Of a stretch of 64,000 nt of DNA, positions 38,830-53,060 are shown in pieces (within the stretch, counting starts at the first letter, position 1; the number at the start of each line of letters is the position of its first letter). The notes beneath the pieces are model-generated. The model searched no databases. It was not told where the DNA came from and saw only the letters and a program-made list of their open reading frames with translations. This DNA comes from Camelus dromedarius (lineage: Eukaryota). A program made the position numbers and the translations under genes. Location of the stretch: positions 113,028,001 to 113,092,000 of the forward strand of contig NC_087437.1 in the NCBI RefSeq assembly GCF_036321535.1. The letters run 5' to 3'.

Positions 38830-39182
38830 TGCTATAGAGTAAATGTCGGTGTCTCCTCAAAACTCATGTTGAGGCCTAATCTCCAGTGTGATGGTGTTTG
38901 GAGGTGAAGCCGTAGGGAGGTGATTAGGTCATGAGGGTTGGACCCCTCCTGAATGGGATTAGTCTTTATAAGGAGACCCCCAGAGAGCCCCCTCAACCAT
39001 TTCCCACAGGAGGGCACAGTGACAAGATGGCTGTCTACAAACCAGGCAGTGAGTCTTTACCAGACACCAAATCCGCCGATGCCTTGATCTCGGACTTCCC
39101 GGCCTCTTGTACTCTGAGAAATAGTTTATGATCCACCCAGTCTGTGGTATTTTTGTTATAAGAGTCCAAATGCACTAAGACA
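38830..39182 (+). mobile_element. MaLR (MLT1A-like) LTR, full length
   Basis: TGCTAT...CTAAGACA termini; 'gtgatggtgtttggaggtg', 'atgggattagt', 'gccttgatctcggacttcc'. Confidence 0.85.
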
Positions 39183-39393
39183 GTATCAGAGGTGGCATGA
39201 GCCTAGGCTGGTGTTCCTGGGTGAGCCTTCTTGTTTGTAGGTGTGATATGATAAGTTTCCAACATCCTAAGCCACTGTGGAGCATACTGGGAACAGGATT
39301 ATATCTGCAGTGTGTTGAGACTGGCAGGTGGTATGGCCTCTGGCTGAGGCACCAACACTGCCATTTATGGAGTGAATGTTGTGGAGAAGGAAG

Positions 39394-39891
39394 GTGGCAG
39401 GCAGCCTCCAAGATTTCCCCCAATGACCCCTGCCTCCTGGATTTATTCTCTTGGGTAACCCCCTCTCCTTTAGTAAGCTGGACTTACTGACACTCTTGAA
39501 TAGGGCAGAAGTGATGGAATGGAATGGCTATTTTGATATTAAATTATAAAAAGATTGTGCCTCCCATCTTGGATGCTCACTCTCTCTTGGATTACTCATC
39601 TTTGGGGGACCCAGTTGTTGTGTTGTAAGGTAGGTCTGTGCAGAAGTTCACATGGTGAGAAGGTCTTTCAACAGTCAAATAAATGAGCTCCCTCCACCCC
39701 CAATCCAATCAAACCTTCGGATGAAACCACAGCCCTGGCAAATAGCATGACTAAGACTTCATGAGAGACCTTGAATCAAAGACACTCAGCTAAGACACAT
39801 CCTGTCTGACAGAAAGTATGAAATGATAACCTTTGTTATTTTCAGCAGCTGAGTTCTGGGATAATTTATTGCATAGCAATAGACACCTAAT
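39394..39891 (+). mobile_element. MaLR (MLT1F-like) LTR
   Basis: 'gtggcaggcagcctccaagat..cccccaatgacccctgcctcctgg' through 'gcatagcaatagacacctaata'. Confidence 0.75.
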
Positions 39892-40874
39892 ATGAGGAGC
39901 ACCTGGCACTCATCTCTTCCCTCAAGTGTTGCTTGGTTTCTAATCCACTGTGTACCTCTGAGCCTTCTCCTGCCTCTTGGGGACCACAGAAGAAACACTT
40001 CTCAGGAGGGACTGTGTGGAGAGGGAGAACTGAGGAGTTAGGCGCTCCCTCAGAAAGAATTCTTAAAAATGCTGAAATGTTGTAGAAAAATTTGCAAAAA
40101 AATCTCTAATAACCAACAAAACAAAAATGTCTCAAAATCACATTTTTTTCTATTTGTAAATTGGGAACAACAACATTATACTTGACTTTGAAGGTTTTTA
40201 TGAAGATTAATTAACAGTTAACTAATTAACTCAAAAAATATATGGCAGAATATCTTCCATGTGCCAAGCATTGTTCTGAGTGCTTGGGATGTGGTGGAGG
40301 ACAAGACCCAGAAAATTCCTACCCACACAGAGCTTACATTTTAGCTTTACATTTTGTTTTACAGGAGCTAAATCTGCAGGGATGCAGAGATGAGCTACTT
40401 TTTCATTGAATTTTGCATTATAGTTACTGTTCCATTGGTTTTAGTAATTTATATATTGCATTTTTAATTTGCTATAGTTTACTTTATCTTACCTAATTGT
40501 TGGGCATTTTGATTTTTCCAGTTGTTGACCATTATGAAAAGAGTTACTGTACACAATTCTGTATAATTAACTTCCGACAATTCCTTTGAATTATTTCCTT
40601 AAAATAAATTCCCAGAAGAGAATTACTGGGGTAAAGGATGTGAATGTTTTTTTGTTGTTGTTGTTAGGTAGTATTAGCTAATACTCTAGGAATGTTGTAT
40701 CATCAAATTACATAGTTAACAATGATTTTTTAAAAATTTCCAGTATCCTTCACATTGGGTTTTAATCATCTAATTCCTTTTTCACTGATTGGAAAGGCTA
40801 GATATTGTAAAGTGCTATTTCATAGTTGAATTGTATGAAGCTGAATATTTTTCCTTCATAGCATATATGCAAAA

Positions 40875-41215
40875 CTAATGAGGCTGGGTTAAGATATGGT
40901 AACATCTCAAAAATCTTAGCAACTTATAATCACAAAGTTTTGTTTCTTGCTTATGCTACATTTCTGCTGTGAGTTGACCAGTGATGTTTGTCCTCACATC
41001 CTCATTTTAGGAGCCAGGCTGGTGAAGCTGCCACTCTCTGAAATGTTGCCGGTCATGGAGGAACTGAGAGAGAATAGCAAATCATATGTAGGTCATTAAA
41101 TGCTCTGGCCTGCATGGTACACGTGCCATTCCTCTCACCATTTCATTGGCCAAAGCAAGTCATGTGGTAGACCCTACTTCATGGGCAAGTGATCTGTGAT
41201 CTTGTCGTGGTCCCA
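40875..41215 (-). mobile_element. MaLR (MLT1J/K-like) LTR
   Basis: 'catttcattggccaaagcaagtcatgtg', 'aggctggtgaagctgccactctctg'. Confidence 0.6.
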
Positions 41216-42414
41216 AGAGACAAGCCAGAAAAATCTGAAGGCAGAATGGCTTCCATGTCATGATTTACTACTTGTGTTTTTTCCTATAAAAATGGGCTAT
41301 TTACTCTTAGATCACCTTTTGGTAGGCAGTGATTTGTGAGAGAGAAAAAGAAGCATAAGTGTTCTTAATGTAATGCTCTTCTCTGAGAACATTGGACTCT
41401 GGCGTCTCCATCCCATGGAACTCCACCGTGGACCTTCCTCTCCTACCAACTCAGAATCTGCCTTAACCTGGGAGTATTTTTGGTTTTGTCTTCACTTTTC
41501 TTTTTTGCTAACTCATCATGACAACCTCGAGAAGTCTCCAGTCATCTTTTCCTTATTTTCAACAATGGGGTATTGTCCTCTCAGGTTTTGCCTGTAGCTT
41601 TGAGAATAATTGGTTTGACGCCCAGGGAGTCTCTTTGAGGGATCATTTTAGTAGATTACAGGGTAACGAGTTACTTGTTTCCCTTCAAAGGCCACCCAGT
41701 TTGGCTTCATTTCTGCTTAACTGATGCTTCCTTTGATGTCACACGTGTAAAAAGAGTGTTATTAAAAACAATCAAAGCATATTTGTACTCCATTTTAAAT
41801 ACCGTTTGATCCATTTTTCATTATCTGACTAAGAGTGTATGTCTTAGGTCAATGCAGATCTCATGATAGAGATCTTTAAGATCTATAAAGATCGCAGATC
41901 TTTCAATATAAATCAGATAACCTTAATGAGTTGGCTCTTGTCTTTCTCATCTGATCTAGTGCTTCTTGTACAAACTAATTTGTAAAGAAACTGTTTGATT
42001 AGATAAAGATGTGGTTTTCATCTGGGAAAGTACCTTTAGGAAAACGATGTTGTTCTGTCGGGATCACTAGGCGCTGGTTGGAGTATCTCCCTCGGGAGGA
42101 GGACCTCACATGGAAAGAGGTGTGAGTCACTGCGGTCAGGGAATGAATGTGTGGAGGGAATGAACGTGCGTCTGGGAGGCCGCACAGACACTGGCCACAA
42201 ACAAAGTCAAGAAAATCTACTCCTTTATGTGGTTGACTATCCCTGCTCTTGAGAGGCAAGTGCTAAGGGTCATCTCTTGCGGTTGAGTGCTGGGAAGTAC
42301 CTGATGACTGGGCTTGGTGGCTTTTCTGCTTCTGTTTACCCTCAGTGTGGGCTGAGAGCCTCATTAAAAAAAAAAAAAAATCAGTGTCCACATCCTTCCC
42401 ATCTCATCTACCCC

Positions 42415-42560
42415 CGTGGTTCTTAGCAATGGCTACACATTGAAATCACCAGGGAAACTTTGAAATATACTGATATCCAGGCTCCATCCCTAGAGATTCT
42501 CATTCAGTTAGTGCCAGGTGGAGCCTGGGATTCTTTATTTTTTCAGATCCAACGAAGTAC
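42415..42560. mobile_element. MER5-like hAT-Charlie MITE
   Basis: 'gtggttct...acacattgaaatcaccaggga...tactgat...agagattctcattcag'. Confidence 0.7.
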
Positions 42561-42699
42561 AAATGCTTCACAGTCCTGCTGTGCCCAGTGTATGAAAACA
42601 CCTGTTCACCATCAAATGTCCTACAGCCACGTTTGGGTTATTTGTATTTTCATTCTTAAGAGAGGTGGTTATTTCAACCCTTTCTCCTAAGTTCTATGT

Positions 42700-43175
42700 A
42701 GTAGCTTTAGTGACACCTCCCTCTCCCCCTTCCCTACCCCAAACATGTCCGTGTCCCAGATCCTTTAAATGTGACCTTATTTGGAAAAAGGATTTTTGTC
42801 AATATAATTAACTAAAAGTAGGCAGCGGGAGGTCAGATCATCCAGGACTACCCAGATGGGCTTCACGTTCAGTAACCAGTGTTCGTGTAAGAGGCAGAAG
42901 AGGAGACATAGACTCAGAGAAGAGGGGATGGCTGTGGGGAGATGGAGACAGAGGTGGCGTTTATGCAGTCGTGAGCCAAGCTATGCCTGCAGCCTCCAAA
43001 AGCCGGAAGAGGCAAGGAAGGATTCTCCCCTAAAGCCATTGGAGGGAGCACAGCCCCACTGACACCTTGATTTCAGGCTTCTGCCCCCAGGAACCATGAG
43101 AAAATTCATTCCTGTTGTTTTAGGTCACCGAGTTTGTGGTCATTTTTTCCAGTGGCCACAGGAAACTAAATACAT
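42700..43175 (+). mobile_element. MaLR (MLT1C/D-like) LTR
   Basis: 'atgtgaccttatttggaaaaagg', 'gaggcaaggaaggattctcccct', 'gacaccttgatttcag', ending 'ggaaactaaataca'. Confidence 0.8.
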
Positions 43176-44129
43176 CCTATTTCCTTTTTCTTTTATTCAC
43201 CCTTTCTTTGGCTTTTTTCCAAGTGTCTCTTGACTGTTTTTTCCAGAAGCAAGTTTACATATTTTCTGATTTCTCCATACCCTCTCCTGATGGTTGCTTC
43301 CTGGCGACAGCTTGTTCCATACACAGCAGCAGCCCGATGCAAACTTGTGGCTGTGGGCCCTGTTTCAGACCCTCATTTTGATGATTCTTCTTTGCAGTGG
43401 TGCACTTTTCCCCCTTCACGTGTTTATCCCTCTGCCCACGCTCCTGGATAATGTCTTCTTTACCTGTTTTCCCTGAGGTCTTCGTAGTACTGAGTTGATG
43501 CTTTGGGGTGTAGAGAGAGCTGAGGCAGTGGAGATAGGGGGACCTCTAGGATGCGAGGCTAGGGCCAGGACAAGTTTTATGGGCCATATGCATGGTTGGT
43601 TTGCAACTATTTGAAAGATATTTGCATCTAAGGACCTTGTGCATTGCCCTAAGGGAAGGTCAGGGGTCTGTTGGAATTTCAGGATCTCAGAATATTCTGG
43701 GTCTTCCTTCTTGGTAAGTCTTTCTCATTGTCTTAGGTAGAAAGTAGCTTTTCTTTCAAACAGCTTCTCCTGCTAAAGTGGGCAGAGGGGAGGGGAGGCA
43801 GTGACATTACAGGTCAGAATCTCTTAAGCGTTCAGTGGCATTGAATGAAGACTCACGTTAACCTAGCATCTTGCCTGGAATGCCTGATTTGTACCTAGAG
43901 ATGATGATGCAAAGGAGAAGGGGATCCTCCGCAGGGTCTTGTGAAGTGCCAAGGATGGAGAAGAAGGGTACCACAGGTGGATCCAAGGCGCAGAGCCAAG
44001 GGACCCAAGGCAGCCAGCAGGAAGTCTGTAGAAACTATGGTGGCCAAGAATTACTGCAGAGGACCCAAGACCTCCAGAACCAGGGATTCACTGGTGATGC
44101 TCTAGAGAGAGCTGGTTCTCTGATGCGGG

Positions 44130-45690
44130 TATATTTTTTTAGTAAGCTTTTAATTTTATTTTAATAATCTTTTTATATTAGAACAAATCTTATTTTGAGA
44201 TTGGTAGAATTATTGTAAAGATAGCACAGAGAGTTCCTTCCTACCCCACACCCAGTTTTCCCTTTCATTAACACCTAACATTCATATGGTACATTTGTCA
44301 TTGATGAATCAGTATTGACGTATTGACGTACTATTTTTAACTAAAGTCCACATCTTTTCAGGCTTCCTTGGTTTTCAGTGTTCCTTTTCTGTTCTCGGAT
44401 CCCAACCAGAATCAAACATTACATTTAGTCATTATGGTTTTTCAGACTCCCCCTTGGTTGTGACAGTTTCTCAGACATTGTTTTTTATGACTTTGACAGT
44501 TTTGAGAGGAACTGATCAGCTATTTCATTAGAATGTCTCTCAGTTGGGATTTGTCTGAAGCTTTTCTCATGACTGGACTGGGGCTGTGGGTTTTGGCGGG
44601 GATGACCATAGATGTAAAGTGTGAAATTGGCATCACATCACATCAAGGGTATATATTATCAACATGACTTACCCTGGTGATGTTTGTTAACTTTGATCAT
44701 CTGGCTGAGGTCGTGAACACTACCATATTTCTACACTATAAAGTTATTCTTTGTCCCCCTTTCCATGCTGTCCTCTTTGGAAGGAAATTGCTGTGTACAA
44801 CCCCCACTTAGGGTGTACCCCATTCTAGATAAATTATTTGAAATTCCCCTGCACAGGCAGTTTTTTTCTCCCCAATTTATTTATGTATTTAATCATTTAT
44901 TTATATGATTATGGGCTGATGGATATTCATTTTATACTTGAGTTATATATTCCATTACTATTTTTTTAAATTTTGCTGCTCAAATTGCTCCAGCTTGGCC
45001 GTTGAGGGATCTTTCAGTTTTCTCTTGGGTCCCTTTGACCTAGCCCCATGAATGTGGGTTTTGTGGGGGTTTTGAGCATTTCCTTACTTTCTGGGACTAC
45101 GAGATGCTCCAGGATCATCTTGTATATTTCCTGCCCCAGTTTCAGCATCAGCCATTTCTCCAAGGATCAATAGCTCCTTTGTTGGAGAATGCTCTTATGA
45201 ATTAAGATCTGGATGGTCACTGCTTCTAGGCCTTCTCAGCTGATAGAGGAAGGAGATAACATGTGTGTGCTAACTTGGTGTATACACACATATAAACGTT
45301 TCTATGAGTAACCATCAATATCTGAGCTAAGCTAAACATGAGTTCATACTGATATCCCCAATTTTAACCCATTACTTCATAGATTATTCTAGCCTCTTCC
45401 CATTTCTTATCTGTAACCTCCTCCACCAACAGTGAGAAGCCTGGCTCTCACAATCTGTGGTCCATTTACTTAACTGTCCAATCCTGGGATACATATATAG
45501 TGATTTTAAAGTTGTGAACCTGTACGCTTGTGGGAAACAACTGTGTCAGCTAGTGTGCAGTGCTGTGCCTACGTACCATTCCTTTGCCCTTAGTCTTACA
45601 AGCTCCACTCACTTACAAAGTTACTTTGGTCAAGCACCATATATCCCTGCATTCTGCATTTTGTTCTGGGATCTCCGGACTTCCTAAATG
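44130..45690 (-). mobile_element. L1 (L1MC-like) 3' region
   Basis: 'cacagagagttcc', 'actaaagtcca', 'gatgctccaggatcatcttgtatatttcctgcccc', 'atcagccatttctccaagg'. The flanks look MLT1-like. Confidence 0.75.
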
Positions 45691-46122
45691 ATTTTATTCC
45701 AGCTTAAACAGAAAAATACCTGGGAAGGACTTACACTTGCACCAGTACTTGTGGTTAGAATGCTGGGAAGCCTTTATCGTCAGGGTCTATGTCATTTGCT
45801 CTCTCAGGTGCTAAGAGATGGTATCGGGCTGCTGGGGTTGACCGTCTATCTGTAAGTACCTGATTGGTATAAAAGAGGAGCAGCTCCTCAAAGAAAATAG
45901 GGGCGTTGGACAGATAGAAACAACAGATGTCCACAACATTCCACCCCTTAGTCCCTCAGCACATAGAGCAATCCTTCTTCTCATGTTTATAGTTGAAAAT
46001 ATGCCTTCTTTTAATAAAATTTATGTATCTTCTCTCCCCAAAAAGAGTCAAGATAAAGCCCACATAGCTACCATATCCAGCTGCAAGTTCAGGACCCTGG
46101 GTGACATGTTTTAATTTCTTTT

Positions 46123-46237
46123 CTTTTCTTTTTTTTTTTAATCTTTTTGTACCCATATATTTACTTATTTTTATTGAAGTACAGTCAGTTTACAATGTTG
46201 TGTTAATTTCTGGTGTACAGCATAGTGATTCAGTTAT

Positions 46238-46283
<46 letters not shown>

Positions 46284-46995
46284 TCCTTCTCATACTCTTT
46301 TCCATTATAGGCTATTACAAGGTATTGAAAATAGTTACCTGTGCTCTACAGTAGGTCCTTGTTATTTAGCTATTTTATATGTAGTAGTTAGTGTCTGCAA
46401 ATCCTGAATGTCCAGTTTATCCCTCTACCCCTCCTTCCCTCCTTGGTAACCATAAGCTTATTTTCTATGTCTGTGAGTTTGTCTCTGCTTTTTAAAAAGT
46501 TCATTTGTGTTACTGTTGAAGATTCCACATATAAGTGATATCATATGATATTCATCTTTCTCTTTCTGGCTTACTTCACTTAGTATGACAATCTCCAGGT
46601 CCATCCATGTTTCTGCAAATGGCATTATTTTATTCTTTTTTATGGCTGAGTAGTATTCCACTGTGTGTTATGATATGATATATGTATATATATCTCATAA
46701 CTTCTTTACCCAATCATCTGTTGATAGACATTTAGGTTGCTTCTATGTCTTGGCTATTATAAATAGTGCTTCTATGAATGTTGGGGTGCATGTGTCTAAC
46801 TGAATTAGAGTTTCCTCCAGATATATGCCCAGGAGTGGGATTGCTGGATCATATAGTAAGTCTATGTTTAGTTTGTTAAGGAATATTCATACTGTTTTCC
46901 ATAGTGGCTGCACCAAACTACATCCCCACCAACAGTGTAGGAGGGTTCTCTTTTCTCCACTCCCTCTTCAGTATTTATTGTTTGTGGGCTTTTTA
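46123..46995 (-). mobile_element. Younger 5'-truncated L1 3' end with internal (TG)n
   Basis: Translated antisense MEYYSAIKKNKIMPFA.TWMDLEIVILSEVSQ. TSD atgttttaatttctttt (46106-46122) / atgtctaatttctttt (46996-47011). (TG)n at 46240-46281. Confidence 0.9.
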
Positions 46996-48699
46996 ATGTC
47001 TAATTTCTTTTAGATTTGAGTGCATCTCCTCAAGTTCTGGCAAATACCCAGAAGTATTTGGATCTTAAAAAAGAAGTAAAAACAGGGTAATACCTAAGAT
47101 ACTAATCTTTGATGGAAAAATGGGGAGAGAGATTTTCTTAGGAATCATTTGTAGTTCTCTTCAGAAAATACCCCATAGGTGCTTAACTAGTCTGTTCCCA
47201 TGTTAGTCTGGTCCTGTGGAGAAGGCAAACAATGAAGAATATGGATTCATGAGTTTTGGGGACATGAGTTCTTACTCTCAGCATTGCTTAATGCTTGTTC
47301 TTATGTCTGCCTACAGGGTTCATTTCTCAGTGCTAATTGAAATTCAAATAAGTATCTTTTATTTTCTCATGACAGTTTCATTTAGTAATCACTTTGTGTC
47401 TGTCAAGAATTTAATGTGTATTCTTCTTTAACTCCATTAATCATAGTTGAATTTCAAAGCATTGTAATTAAATTGTATCAAGTTGTTTACTTTGAAAACC
47501 TTTTTAAAATGTCAGTGGACTGGAAATAAATTCTATTAATTGGTACAGAGTGCCTGCAAAGGCAGAATGAGAAACGATATGTGACCATTGCTAATATGGT
47601 AAGACCAGAGTTGACATTAATGAAAGAACTGTAATAATTTACCCATCTGTTTGATCATCTGATGCTTCTTAGCATATCACAAAATACTCCAGAAAGAAGG
47701 CACCTATTATCAATTCATGAAAGGTAATAATGCTGTCTTTCCAAATGGAGGCTCTCAGTGGTTGAGTCTTTATCACTTCCATTCTTTTAGAGATTCGGGT
47801 CTATATCACACACACACACACACGCACACACAGTCTCCAAGTTCCCCAAATGGTAGAATATCTTAAGGTATTTACTTTTAAAAGTTAATGTTTTTAATAG
47901 AAAAATCCAAGTTTAATATAATTGTATCACTCACGAGATCATTGCAGGATTTACAAAAAGTATAATTTCAGAGGCATTACAGCTTGTGTGGACCAATATT
48001 AGAACAAAAGTTAAAAATCAGGTGGATGAACACTGTCTTCTCTCAATTTTATGCAAGTATTACTATGGCAATATGTGTAAGCTCATTTGGAGATAATGTC
48101 AAAAATTTCAATCTAAGAGGTTTTATGGATGTGAGATCCTGCCTTCTCTGCCTTCTGACTTCCTGGCCTCCCTGAGATAGACAAACTCTAATGAGTAGCC
48201 CATTTTAAAGATCAATCTTTTCATATTTGTGCTGGAAAATCTTCAGTAACTCCTTATTTTTTAGACTTTCCCCTATGGTCTTCCGTAATTTGGCTGTCAC
48301 CTGCCAATTTTCCCTCATTTCTCACCTCCCCCCCATTCCTATTCTTTACTTTTCCTGGAAAACCATTTCCCAGTTTTGACAAGAAGTTCCTGAGGGCAGT
48401 GACCCTGTCATGTTCATGGCACAGATCATGAGTGGTTATAATTTCTCCATGGACATTTACCAATGAATGAATGTCTACTTGCTTAAATTCTACCCAATTT
48501 TTCAAGACCCAGCTTGAATAATTCCACATCCAAGAAGTATTCTCTGATTCCTTCATCTGGAACTAACTTCTACCTCCAAGCACTATGATCTATAACCCCC
48601 CCTTTTTTTTACAGCACTTTCTACACCCACATGTCCTCTGCTGATGAGTTGTTTATTTCTCTTTGAGAACATGGGGAACAGAGAGAGGAATTTAGAAAA

Positions 48700-49275
48700 A
48701 AAAAAATCACCAGCTAATTTGATGTCTACCACATATTTGCCTCTTCTTTTACAGGTGACAATTGATGTTTTCCTACCAACGTTCACTCTCTCCACTTGTG
48801 TTATGGAACCCGCCCTCTCTCCTTTTCTTTTCTCCTTCTCTCCTCTAACATTGATCTCTTTTTCTGTATGGGGTCATTTTCATCAGCACTCAAAAACGTG
48901 CTTATATTTCTCTTCTTAAAAAATGATATCTGTTGATGCCACATCCTTTTCTAATCACCACCACATTCTCTCTGCTCCCTTTTACAATAAAACTTCTTCA
49001 GTTGTCCATGGTATCTCTCTCTTCTTATTCATCTTTTATTTTTTATGTATCCCATTTAGATTGGGTTTATAACCCCACTACTTCACCATAGTTGCTCCTA
49101 TCAAAGTCATCAGATTGATCTCCACATTGCCCAATCCTATGGTTATTTTTCTGTCTATATTTATTCAAACTCTGAAGGGCAACACAGTTGATTACTTTTC
49201 TTACTGAGATATTTCTTTGTTAATTTTAATGACACCATGCTCACCAGATTTTATTTATATCTCTTTGACTGCTCA
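48700..49275 (+). mobile_element. L2 fragment
   Basis: 'ccccactacttcacc...tcaaagtcatca...tgcccaatcctatgg'. Confidence 0.6.
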
Positions 49276-49279
49276 CTAG

Positions 49280-50080
49280 TAATAGAGATAAAATAAATCA
49301 TAAAATACTCTCAATTAATCCAAAAAAGGAAATAAAAGAGGGGAAAAAAGTTTAAAGAACAGATAGGACAAATAGAAAACAAACAGGAAGGTGGTAGATG
49401 GAAATTCTACCACATGGATAATTAAATTAAATATAAATGGTCTAAACACCATAATTAAAAGGCAAGGCTTGTCACTGGATAAAAATGCAAGGCCACATCA
49501 TGTGCTGCCTGCAAGAAACTCTCTTTATATATAAAAACACAGATCGGTTAAAAGTAAAAGGATGGATAAAGTCATACAATGCTAACACTAATGCAGTGGA
49601 AGGTGATTTGGCTATATTAAAATCATACAAAGGAGTCTTTAGAACAAAAAGTATTAACAGTGATAAAGAGGGAGAGTTTATAATAATAAATGATCAATTT
49701 ATCAAGAAAACACAATAATCCTAAATGTATATTCATCAAAAACCAAGCTTCAAAATATATGAAGCAAAAACCAATATATCTAAAAGGAGAAACATAAATT
49801 CACAATTATAGGTTAAGACATCAATACTCCTTTCTTTATAATCGATAGAAGAACATCAGAAAACATATAGAAAACTTGAATAGCATATCAGCAATATGAT
49901 ATAATTGACATTTATTTTAAAAATCCCCATGACAATAGGATATATACTCCTTACTTGCATATGAAACATCCATTAAGATAGATCATAAGCTGGGCCATAA
50001 AACAAATTTCAATAGTTTAAAAGAAATGAAATCATATAGAATGTGTTCTCTGATGATAATGGAATTAGATTAGAAATCTA
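49280..50080 (+). mobile_element. Old L1, inter-ORF region and ORF2 endonuclease start
   Basis: Translated CCLQETL...DRLKVKGW; 'ataaatggtctaaacacc..aattaaaaggca'. Confidence 0.8.
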
Positions 50081-50084
50081 TGAA

Positions 50085-50620
50085 AGAGGTCACCCATGGG
50101 GAGTGTTCAGAGAGAGAGGAGAGATGGACCAAGGTTAAAACTTTGGGGAATATATACCAGTATGATGGTACCACAGGAGGAGATCTTGAAGAAGATCAGT
50201 GAGAAAAGATCAGAAAATAATAAGGAAAACCAAGAAAGAGGAGTCACAGAGGCCAAGGGAGCAGAGAATTCCAAGGAACAATAATGTAAAATGTAGAAGT
50301 GTCTGATAAAATGAGGACTGAAAAAAATCCATTGGGTGTGGAGACCTGGAGATTAAGGGTGACCTCAGAGAGAGAGCAGTTGATGAGACTGAGGAAGTGG
50401 AGGCAATATCTACCCCTCCCAGGCAGAATTCTTTTCCTCTTGGGAAAGGCAAGAACATTTCAAAGCAGGCAGTAGCTGGAGGGAGACTCAGGGTCAGGGG
50501 AGAGGATTTTGTTTTTTTTAAATGTGTTAATTTGCCGTTGTTTTAAAGATAAGGAAGATTTGAGCACATTTGTAGACTGAAGTTAAGAGCTGGTAATAAA
50601 GGAGATGAGAAGGAATAGGG
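50085..50620 (-). mobile_element. L2 fragment
   Basis: 'gtcacagaggccaaggga', 'atgaggactgaaaa..ccattgg', 'ggtgacctcagagagagcagtt'. Confidence 0.65.
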
Positions 50621-52878
50621 TATGACTAGGGGGGCCTTTTCCTTGAATACAGACATGAGAGCTAATAGTGTGAGCGTGAGTGTAAATGTTGACAAATTTG
50701 TAGGTGGGACTGGAAATTGTTACACAAAGCACTACCATGGATTCAACTTTTACCTTTGTGCCACTGTCGCTCAAACTTTCTCCCTAACCCCATCTCTTGA
50801 GCTCCAAACTCAATTTCCAAGTGCCCTCTGGTCATTTCCTGTTAAATATACCATCACTTTGCACTTCCATGTATGAAAACAACTTCGATTTCTCCCTGAT
50901 AAGTCCCCTTCCTGTCTCCTTTCTCTTCCCTTTTGTTCCCTCCTGGCACAGGTAACTGGAACCTTAAGTCAACCTGGTGTATAGCATATCTTAACCTTAG
51001 GTCAGAGGAAAGCTGGGCTTCACGTGTCAAAAGTTGCAAGGCACGGTGTGTATGGGATGGCCGAGGGAGAGGGATCATAGAAAATGGGTTTTAAGATGAT
51101 GACAAAACAAAGCCTGTCAGGCTATACCCCCAAATGTCACCAATTCACAGAGGTGAGACAGGAGGGAGACTCTAGATGGAAAGATAGCAAGATGAAGTTT
51201 TGCAAGGTTAGAGGAGATCAGAGGGTTTGGAGAATGGGAAGCAGATCCTGGAGAAAGGTCTGAGCTGTTGAAATGCTGATACAAACCCTTTCCGTGATGT
51301 TCCTTTGAATCTGAACATGACTGTGGAGATAGTGATTCAAAGCGCCAACCTGGTGCAGAAGCCCCAGCTCCATCAAAGGGTCCAGCATCCCGCCAGACCC
51401 CAGTCTTGAAATGTAGACTTTCCCTTGCTTGTTCCTTTTCTTTTCCTCATCCCCATCCCACTATGATTCATTCCTGAGTGCTGGGTATTCTTCTGCAATG
51501 TCTCCACTCTGGCCCCCAAAGCATGCCTCTCCTCTTTTTCTCTTTCTCTTGTCAAACCACTGTCTAAATTCCATATACCTCTGTTTCTAGTCAGTTCAAA
51601 ACTGTTTTTTTTTTTTAAATTTTCCCATAGTTTTCCTACTCTTGGCTAAGTAGACCTGGCTGGCGGCCAGTAGTAGCAATATGCATGAAAATGGAAAAAA
51701 TATTATATATACATAAAATAATGAAGAAAAACAGAGATCCAACCCTGGAAAAGAACTCCCCTGAAGGTTTAGGTTTATATTCTGGGCCGAGATATCGATT
51801 GCTGTTTATTTGCTCTGACCCAGACATAGTGGCTGCAAGCTGCTTGCCTTTCCAGAGGTCTCACAAGACATTACAGCCCCGCACAGCCCTGCGCAGGCCC
51901 CCTTCAGAGTAGATGCAATTAGGGTAAATGATAGTAGTATTTTGGCCTGGAAACCGCCACGGTCCATTTGCCGGACTGTGAGATGGAGTCACCACGCTGG
52001 GCCATGACTCCGCTCTGTGTCTCCATCAGTTAACTTCGAATTTTGTAAATCCTTGGACGTGCAAACCCTCAGGAAAGTGTCCTCTTTCTTCATTCATCTC
52101 GACCACCTGGGATCTCCTGTGGTTTTGGGACCAGTGTATTAATAGCACTATAAATAAAGCTCACAAGCTAGTCGTCACTTCTCTCTTCGACATCACCTTT
52201 TTCAAGGACAAACCCTCCATTTTGTGGTAGACATTGCTACTTTTGACCTAGCAGGGTCTGGCAACAGGATCTTGTCAAAATTCAATTCAGATGTGTGGCC
52301 ACATTTACTCGGGCCTTGGCCCAGTGGCATCCGCATCTGTTCCACAGAGCTGAGCTACCAGTCACGTCAGCCAGCAACTATTTTAGCTTCTCTGCTCACA
52401 GAATTAAACTGTTCGTGCACCGTCACATTCAAGAAACTTAAGAATCCACTGGAGCATTTACTGATAATGGCTCTTCCTCATCCCTTGTGCAAAGGAATAG
52501 GTGTCCCCAACCATCGTGTAAGGAGAAAGGGCTGTGATGTGGGGGTTGGGTGTCAAATACTGTCATTAAGGCCCATGAGAATCGGGGGAAGGTGACAACA
52601 TGGCCTGCCACCCAAGCTACCTAGGAATGCTGACCAACCCCAGTGACAAGCTGGCTAGTGAGAATGGCGTGGAGGCAGTTTAGAGGCCTGCCAGGGAAAA
52701 CCATGGGTTCTACCAAAAGACCCAGATGACCTTTGGGGGATATGTCCTGGATTAATCTGGGGGGCAGGGAGGCTGGGAACAGTTTCCTGCTGACTGTCCA
52801 GGGCCCCGGTGTGACTTGGTTAGAGAGGAGACATCGTCCTGGATCCCTAACTCCTCTTGTCCTGGGGTTTTTCTCTGA

Positions 52879-53060
52879 CAGTGTTTCTCACCAGGGCGTG
52901 GTACCACCTCCTTTAGTGGGGCCTTTGGAAATACAAGGGGGGCATTTTAGTTTTTACCACTCTGTGGGCACTGGCATGAGGGTCTGAACCAGGATGCAAA
53001 ACTGGGCGAGGCCTGGGATGGTGGCCCCAAACCGAGACTTGTTCTGTTGGGATGTGTCCC
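52879..53060. mobile_element. MER20-like hAT MITE
   Basis: Start 'cagtgtttctca', internal 'ggggcatttt...gcactggcat...aggatgc'. Confidence 0.5.

Noticed and set aside
51975..52032. Hairpin GGAGTCA...TGACTCC as a possible pre-miRNA
   Set aside because: The stem is only about 11 bp, too short for a Drosha substrate.
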